From contig CAVZPN010000016.1 of NCBI GenBank assembly GCA_963777125.1, forward strand, positions 295 through 64,294: a DNA stretch of 64,000 nucleotides, in the 5' to 3' direction. The DNA comes from an uncultured archaeon (GTDB lineage: Archaea > Nanobdellota > Nanobdellia > Woesearchaeales > UBA9642). The notes beneath the pieces were generated by a model. That model searched no databases. It had not been told where the DNA came from and was given only the letters and a program-made list of their open reading frames with translations. Shown here piece by piece: positions 58,426 to 64,000 of the stretch (positions within the stretch are counted from its first letter, which is position 1; the number at the start of each line of letters is the position of its first letter). Position numbers and translations under genes: made by a program.

Positions 58426-58521
58426 AAAAAGAATATAACAAATTTGTCTAAGAATATTAACCAATAGTAAGTTGATTAATGGTAAAATTTAAAAACAAGT
58501 TTCTGATTCTTAAAAAAATAC

Positions 58522-58614
58522 GCCCCCGTAGCATAGTAGCTATTGCGTCTGCCTAGTAAGTGCATAATGCACTAAGAAAGCAGAAGGTCGCGAGTGCAAT
58601 TCTCGCTGGGGGCT
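58522..58614 (+). tRNA. tRNA-Thr(AGT) with a 20-nt intron at 37/38 (58559-58578)
   Basis: Acceptor GCCCCCG/TGGGGGC plus U73; anticodon arm TCTGC-CT-AGT-A^A-GCAGA; BHB with intron hairpin GTGCA-TAA-TGCAC; short variable loop; T-arm GCGAG-TGCAATT-CTCGC. Confidence 0.88.
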
Positions 58615-58719
58615 GATTTATATTTCTTATAGAAGATAAAACAAAGTATTTTATGAGAAACACTTTTCTTAGTATTAACAAGAATCACATTTATATAGGT
58701 GTTCTTTTTATGACGCAAC

Positions 58720-58917
58720 ATGCAACAATTTAAACACATAGAAAGAATTCGTAAATGGGGAATTTTTGGAGTAATCATCGGAGTTATTTTCGTAATTATA
58801 GGTGTTTTAGGACTTGTTCTTCCAATTATCCCGGGGATTGTGTTTATTGTTATAGGACTCTTAATTCTTGGTGTCGACTTATCTTTTGTTATGAAATTCT
58901 TAAAAAAGAATAAATAA
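58720..58917 (+). CDS. Small membrane protein (PGPGW/DUF454-like)
   Basis: GVIFVIIGVLGLVLPIIPGIVFIVIGLLIL hairpin motif. Confidence 0.65.
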   Translation: MQQFKHIERIRKWGIFGVIIGVIFVIIGVLGLVLPIIPGIVFIVIGLLILGVDLSFVMKFLKKNK

Positions 58918-58977
58918 AAATATATATTATAAAGTCTTAAATTAAAATTTATAAATAGAGAATATGCACATTAATTT

Positions 58978-59574
58978 ATGTTAACAATAATTCTTGTTCG
59001 TCATGGCGAAACATACCATAATATAAATAGAATTATTCAAGGCCAAAGTAAAAGTATTCTTTCAAGTTTAGGAATAAAGCAAGCAAAAGCTGTTTCTAAA
59101 TACTTAGCCAAAACACCAATAGATATTGTTTATTCTAGCGATCTAACACGTACTAAACATACCTGTAAACTTATTTTAAATAATCGTAAGATTCCAGTCA
59201 TATACGATAAAAGAATCAGAGAAAGACACTACGGCAAATATCAAAATAAAAGTTCTAAAATTTTTGCAAAAGCCGCAAATAAATCTACAAAATTATTTAC
59301 AGAATTCAAACCTCTAGGCGGAGAATCAATACTTGATTTATATAAACGCGCAAAAGAATTCTTAGAATTTATTACTAAAAAATATGATAAAGGAACTATT
59401 TTAATAGTCACACATGGAGGCGTCATGGCTAATATGCTAATACATATTGCAAATGATAGTCACGATAATTTTAAGAAATATCATCCTAAAAATTGTGCAA
59501 TAACAACACTTAAAATTAATAAAAATATTAAAATTGCAAAATTAAACTATATGAAGCATCTTAAAAATGTTTAA
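58978..59574 (+). CDS. Histidine phosphatase (phosphoglycerate mutase-like) family protein
   Basis: LVRHGET, YSSDLTRT, IRERHYG, GGES, IVTHGG. Confidence 0.93.
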   Translation: MLTIILVRHGETYHNINRIIQGQSKSILSSLGIKQAKAVSKYLAKTPIDIVYSSDLTRTKHTCKLILNNRKIPVIYDKRIRERHYGKYQNKSSKIFAKAANKSTKLFTEFKPLGGESILDLYKRAKEFLEFITKKYDKGTILIVTHGGVMANMLIHIANDSHDNFKKYHPKNCAITTLKINKNIKIAKLNYMKHLKNV

Positions 59575-59597
59575 CTAAAATTTTTCTTATTAAACAA

Positions 59598-60374
59598 CTA
59601 ACCGTACTTAACACATCTCATTGATAATGAGCCATAAACTATTTTCTCACAGAAAAATTCAGGTTTTTGCATATCACTAGCACCAATCACATACAACAAT
59701 GGAAGATAATGATCATTTGTTGGATGCGCATATCTTGCTGAATGTTCTTTCTCATAATTAATTAATGCTTCATAATTATTATTAATAATACTTGTTTTAA
59801 CAAAATTATCAAAATCAATTGCCCACTTAAATGGCTTTGCATCATCGTTAAAATTAATCATTCCAAGATTATGAACAACGTTTCCACTTCCAATGATTAA
59901 TACTCCTTTATCTCTTAACGAAGTTAATTTTTGTCCTAATTCAAAATGTTCTTGTAATAAAAGATCATCATTAATACTTAATTGTATTACAGGAATATTT
60001 GCATTCGGATACATATGTTTAAGTACCGACCATGTTCCATGATCAAGTCCCCATTCAGTATCGAGTGTTACATCAATATCTTTTAATGTTTCTTTAACAA
60101 CTAAAGCATATTTTTTCGAACCTTTCGCAGGATAAATTACTTCTTCTAACTCTTTTGGAAAACCATAAAAATCATGAATCGTTTGAGGTTCATCCATTGC
60201 AGTAACCGAAGTTCTATCCTCTAACCAATGAGCAGAAATACATAAGATACAAGAAGGTTCAGGCATTTTAGAAGCGATATCCTTCCACGTAGAACTAAAT
60301 TCATTATCTTCTATTGCATTCATTGGCGAGCCATGACCAATAAATAATACTGGCATTCGTTTTAATTCCATCAT
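59598..60374 (-). CDS. ygiD: 4,5-DOPA extradiol dioxygenase (YgiD/LigB family)
   Basis: MPVLFIGHGSPMNAIE, ISAHW, TIHDFYGFP, WGLDHGTWSVL, GSGNVVHNL, AHPTNDHYLPL. Confidence 0.9.
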   Translation of the reverse strand: MMELKRMPVLFIGHGSPMNAIEDNEFSSTWKDIASKMPEPSCILCISAHWLEDRTSVTAMDEPQTIHDFYGFPKELEEVIYPAKGSKKYALVVKETLKDIDVTLDTEWGLDHGTWSVLKHMYPNANIPVIQLSINDDLLLQEHFELGQKLTSLRDKGVLIIGSGNVVHNLGMINFNDDAKPFKWAIDFDNFVKTSIINNNYEALINYEKEHSARYAHPTNDHYLPLLYVIGASDMQKPEFFCEKIVYGSLSMRCVKYG

Positions 60375-60503
60375 AATAATAAGCAACACAACACCCTATT
60401 TAAAAGTATTCTTTATAATTAGAACTAATCAGAAAATACTATCTAATAAACCATTAAAAAAATTTATAGCAAACTATTTAAAGTATGATTGTAAAAATAA
60501 AGC

Positions 60504-60887
60504 ATGATCAATGAAAAAGATTATCTGACTAACGCTATTGAAGAAATTAAGAATAGATTAGGAAAAATTGAAGAAACATTATATAGAATTGAATCAATGG
60601 AAAAATCTGAAATAGAATACATAAATGCAGTTAAAGATATGGAATTAAAAGAACTAGAAAATCTTGATGATATATCTCAAATGGAGAATCACGAATTAGC
60701 GCAAATAGTTAAATTAAAACCTTTAAAATATAATGATGTAATGCTTTGGAAAAATGCTATATGGGAAAATTGTGCTCACAAAATGATGATTGAATCAAAA
60801 ACCACAGTATCATTTAATTGTGAATTAAGTACAAAAGTCTGTTCATATAATAGTTGTCCAAGAAATATAGTTGGATCAGATAAATAA
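60504..60887 (+). CDS. Hypothetical protein (coiled coil plus C-terminal Cys cluster)
   Basis: Heptads followed by WENC.H...C....CSYNSCP. Confidence 0.7.
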   Translation: MINEKDYLTNAIEEIKNRLGKIEETLYRIESMEKSEIEYINAVKDMELKELENLDDISQMENHELAQIVKLKPLKYNDVMLWKNAIWENCAHKMMIESKTTVSFNCELSTKVCSYNSCPRNIVGSDK

Positions 60888-60988
60888 AAAATATCAACTA
60901 ACATAAAATAAAAATATATTGACTAATCATTCTATGACACCATTTCACATCATTAACTTTTTAAGTCAAATACAATAAATAATAATGC

Positions 60989-61585
60989 ATGAAGCGAATA
61001 CCTAAAATAATCCATCATACCCATACTAAAATAGTGGAGTATAGTGCAAAATATGGTCTGGGCCTCGGATTTTGGATATTTCTATTATTAACATTTATTT
61101 TAGGAATTCTATTTTTTACACATATAGAATTATTTATTAAATTTATCGTAAGCGATTATGGGTATATGGGAATATTCGTATTATCGATTATTCTAGAATT
61201 ATTATTACAACCTATAGGCCCTGATGTACCATTAATACTTGGAATACTCGGAAAATTAAATCCATGGATAGTACTACTCGCAGTCCTTGTAGGAGCATAT
61301 ATTGCAATCATAATATCATACTTTGTAGGTAAAAAAATTGGAGCACCAGGAATAGAATATATTATCGGTAAAAAAAGCTATAAAAATATTTTAAAGCATG
61401 AACAAAGTGGAAAATGGTTTTTAGTAATAGGCGCATTAACTCCTGTACCATACATACCCTATTTTGCAGGAGTGTGGAATCTTTCATTAAAAGATGTAAT
61501 AATATATGTTGCATTACCTAGAACAATAAGATTTCTAATAGTATTTATATTCACATATTATCTTGGAATAATAATATTTAATTGA
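60989..61585 (+). CDS. DedA/VTT (SNARE-associated) family membrane protein
   Basis: LLQPIGPD, ISYFVGKKIG, GALTPVPY, RTIRF. Confidence 0.8.
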   Translation: MKRIPKIIHHTHTKIVEYSAKYGLGLGFWIFLLLTFILGILFFTHIELFIKFIVSDYGYMGIFVLSIILELLLQPIGPDVPLILGILGKLNPWIVLLAVLVGAYIAIIISYFVGKKIGAPGIEYIIGKKSYKNILKHEQSGKWFLVIGALTPVPYIPYFAGVWNLSLKDVIIYVALPRTIRFLIVFIFTYYLGIIIFN

Positions 61586-61660
61586 GAATCTTTAATAAAA
61601 CAATAAAATAACTTTATTAAAAATAAAATCTGAATTTAAAAAAATAAAATACTAAATTAA

Positions 61661-62884
61661 TTATATTTGATTAACTTTGGTTTTAATTGCTGCAAGTTTT
61701 ACTGCATTTGTAACATTCTTTGCAACATCCTTGTCAAATGGCGAAGGAATAATCTTATCTACGGTAGGTTTTTTTACCATTGATGCAAGTGCTTCTGCGG
61801 CAGCAATTTTCATTGCAGTATTGACTTCTTTTGCACGTACAATTAAAGATCCTTTCATTAATCCTGGAAAGGATAATACATTATTTATTTGATTAGGATA
61901 ATCGCTTCTACCGGTTGCAATAATATATGCTCCGCCTTTTATTGCATCTTCCGGCAATATTTCAGGATTTGGATTTGACATAGCAAATACTATTGCTTGT
62001 TTATTCATAATACTAATATCTGCAGTAGTTAAAATATTTGGTGCACTAACACCAATAAATACATCTGAATTTTTAATGACATCTTTTAATAATCCTTTTT
62101 CAAGTTTAGGATTAGTAACTTTGGCCATCTCAAGTTTCATTGGATTCATATGTTCAATTCGTCCATTATATATTGCACCAACAGTATCAACTAGAATAAT
62201 ATTTTTCGCGCCATAATCAATTAATAATTTTGTTGTTGCAATTGCTGCAGCTCCAGCACCACTAACAACAATTTTAACATCAACTAATTTCTTTTTTACA
62301 AGTTTTAATGAATTAATTAATCCTGCAAGTATTACAATTGCTGTACCATGTTGATCATCATGAAATATAGGAATATTTAATTCTTTTTTTAATCTATCTT
62401 CAATTTCAAAACATCTTGGAGCAGAAATATCTTCTAAATTTATTCCACCAAATGCAGGACTTATTAATTTTACAGTTTCAACAAAAGTATTTACATCCTT
62501 AGTATTAATTGCAAGTGCAATTGCATCAATATCTGCAAATGTCTTAAATAATACTGCTTTTCCCTCCATTACAGGAAGTGATGCAAGGGGTCCGATATCT
62601 CCTAAACCCAACACTGCAGTTCCATCAGTAATTACTGCAACAAGATTACCTTTTGAAGTATAAGTATATACATCGTTAGGATTTTTTGCAATTTGCCTAC
62701 ATGGTTCAGCAACTCCGGGAGTATAAGCTACAGATAAATCGTATCTATTTTTTACTGAAACTTTACTTACAATTGCAAGTTTACCTTTATTTTTTCTATG
62801 TAACTCTAAAGATAATTTAGAATAATCATGTTTAGTAACTTTAACAGAATCTTTATTTTTAGTATTTTTAATATTTTTAATCAT
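61661..62884 (-). CDS. NAD(P)-dependent malic enzyme
   Basis: AYTPGVA, TDGTAVLGLGDIG, PVMEGK, GGINLEDI, FHDDQHGTA, GAGAA, ATGRSDYPNQINN. ATG 62884 follows AGGTGA. Confidence 0.95.
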   Translation of the reverse strand: MIKNIKNTKNKDSVKVTKHDYSKLSLELHRKNKGKLAIVSKVSVKNRYDLSVAYTPGVAEPCRQIAKNPNDVYTYTSKGNLVAVITDGTAVLGLGDIGPLASLPVMEGKAVLFKTFADIDAIALAINTKDVNTFVETVKLISPAFGGINLEDISAPRCFEIEDRLKKELNIPIFHDDQHGTAIVILAGLINSLKLVKKKLVDVKIVVSGAGAAAIATTKLLIDYGAKNIILVDTVGAIYNGRIEHMNPMKLEMAKVTNPKLEKGLLKDVIKNSDVFIGVSAPNILTTADISIMNKQAIVFAMSNPNPEILPEDAIKGGAYIIATGRSDYPNQINNVLSFPGLMKGSLIVRAKEVNTAMKIAAAEALASMVKKPTVDKIIPSPFDKDVAKNVTNAVKLAAIKTKVNQI

Positions 62885-63084
62885 GTCAATCACCTGAATA
62901 CCAGTTATAAATATATTGATTATAAATGTACTGGTTATGTGAATAAAAACCTACTATTAAGCACACCATATAACTTATAGCATACTCCAAACTATGCCAA
63001 AAATATACACCATATCTAAAATCATAAATAATAATTTACTATCAAGTGAGTAAAGTTTAAATATCAATTAATAATCTTACAAGT

Positions 63085-63315
63085 ATGACAGTAGATAAAG
63101 ATAATAATTCAGAAAAAACTAATTCCAAAAGCATAGGATTATTAGTAATATTATTAATTGTGTTTGCAATAATATTTTTTATAGCATTACTTGGCTTACA
63201 AAAACAAGAAGCTTTCTTTGAGATCGGAATTCCCGCAATGTTCGAAAATTGGCTAATAATAGTTCTATCAGTAGCTAGTATGATTAAAATAGTTGTAGAA
63301 TTATATAAAAGATAA
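63085..63315 (+). CDS. Small two-TM membrane protein
   Basis: Two hydrophobic helices; TTTAAATA about 23 bp upstream. Confidence 0.6.
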   Translation: MTVDKDNNSEKTNSKSIGLLVILLIVFAIIFFIALLGLQKQEAFFEIGIPAMFENWLIIVLSVASMIKIVVELYKR

Positions 63316-63374
63316 TAACAAAATAATAGCATATAAGAAATAGATTTAAATATAACATTAGTTCTAGAACTAGC

Positions 63375-63725
63375 ATGACAGCTGAATTTAAACAAGTAAT
63401 ACTCGTTCGAATGGATTTAAAACTTCCTTCTGGAAAACTTGCAGTTCAAGTAGCACATGCAAGTGTTGAAGCAGTACATAGATCAGATAAAAATATCATT
63501 AAGCATTGGCGTTCTTTAGGTATGAAAAAAGTTGCACTAAAAGTTGCAACACTCGAAGAATTATACTTCTATGAACAAGAAGCCAAAAAAATAGGATTAA
63601 CTACAGCAATTATTACTGATGCTGGAAAAACAGTAGTTGCTCCAGGTACAACAACTTGCGTTGCAATTGGTCCTGATGTTGAAGATAAAATAGACAAAAT
63701 CACAGGACAATTAAAAATGCTATAA
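63375..63725 (+). CDS. pth2: Peptidyl-tRNA hydrolase, Pth2 type
   Basis: KQVILVRMDL...GKLAVQVAHA...KKVALK...DAGKT.VAPGT.T..AIGP. Confidence 0.95.
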   Translation: MTAEFKQVILVRMDLKLPSGKLAVQVAHASVEAVHRSDKNIIKHWRSLGMKKVALKVATLEELYFYEQEAKKIGLTTAIITDAGKTVVAPGTTTCVAIGPDVEDKIDKITGQLKML

Positions 63726-64000
63726 GATTAAATTAAAATCCATACAAAATACATCATTAAATAATATGCAATAAGGTTCTATGCTTACAGATAAATTATT
63801 GCGTAAAAACTATTAGCAATTACAATAAATTATTCTCAAAAATTAAACAAATATATCGTCGAATAAGGGGAAATATAATTCATAATATTTATATACTTGT
63901 ATGAACAAAATATATTACTTTGGGCGGTGAATATTAATTAACATAATAACAAATAAAATAATAAAATAATATATTAAATAAAAAGCAACACACAAAAAGA

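Noticed and set aside
58553-58555. CTA in the tRNA loop as an amber-suppressor or pyrrolysine anticodon explaining the TAG at 23148
   Set aside because: Stem geometry places CTA at positions 32-34, not 34-36; the tRNA has Thr features; no pyl genes are seen.
545-63395. Numerous 60-160-aa ORFs antisense to or nested in longer genes (e.g. 884-1375, 7099-7458, 8473-8922, 57756-58181, 58572-58778, 63057-63395)
   Set aside because: Shadow ORFs of well-supported genes or of a tRNA, with no motifs or translation signals.

Overview
Very AT-rich archaeal chromosomal window, most consistent with a DPANN archaeon of the Woesearchaeota/Nanoarchaeota type. Archaeal markers are rpoL/Rpo11, rpl35Ae, Pth2, archaeal-type ProRS, MetRS, two tRNAs with 37/38 bulge-helix-bulge introns, BRE/TATA promoters and class III (KKGQ) signal peptides; the lineage call itself is inference. 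Housekeeping genes alternate with several accessory blocks. (1) 2.9-11.5 kb: a peptidoglycan amidase-like gene, five tandem paralogues with Pup-ligase/Dop (PafA-like carboxylate-amine ligase) motifs, and an SxxK/SDN/KxG serine hydrolase, with no Pup-like gene in the window. This is the strongest candidate for an undescribed system. (2) 12.5-17.5 kb: two paralogous membrane proteins and a papain-type protease. (3) 17.5-20.3 kb: a serine recombinase, a partner fusing a degenerate HNH-like domain to a recombinase DNA-binding half, and six 29-bp imperfect palindromes in three pairs spaced 56-57 bp. (4) 30.7-45.5 kb: a duplicated module of a giant Cys-rich surface protein and a prepilin-like protein. 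(5) 53-57 kb: small accessory genes behind tRNA-Leu with 43-bp direct repeats. Other oddities are a tRNA-Thr with an A34 anticodon, a probable ATT start codon, an in-frame TAG in a DUF2284-like gene and a tandem MNT-MNT-HEPN-HEPN-like fusion. No CRISPR array, rRNA, transposase or reverse transcriptase was seen. All family assignments come from motifs recognised by eye, not from database searches.
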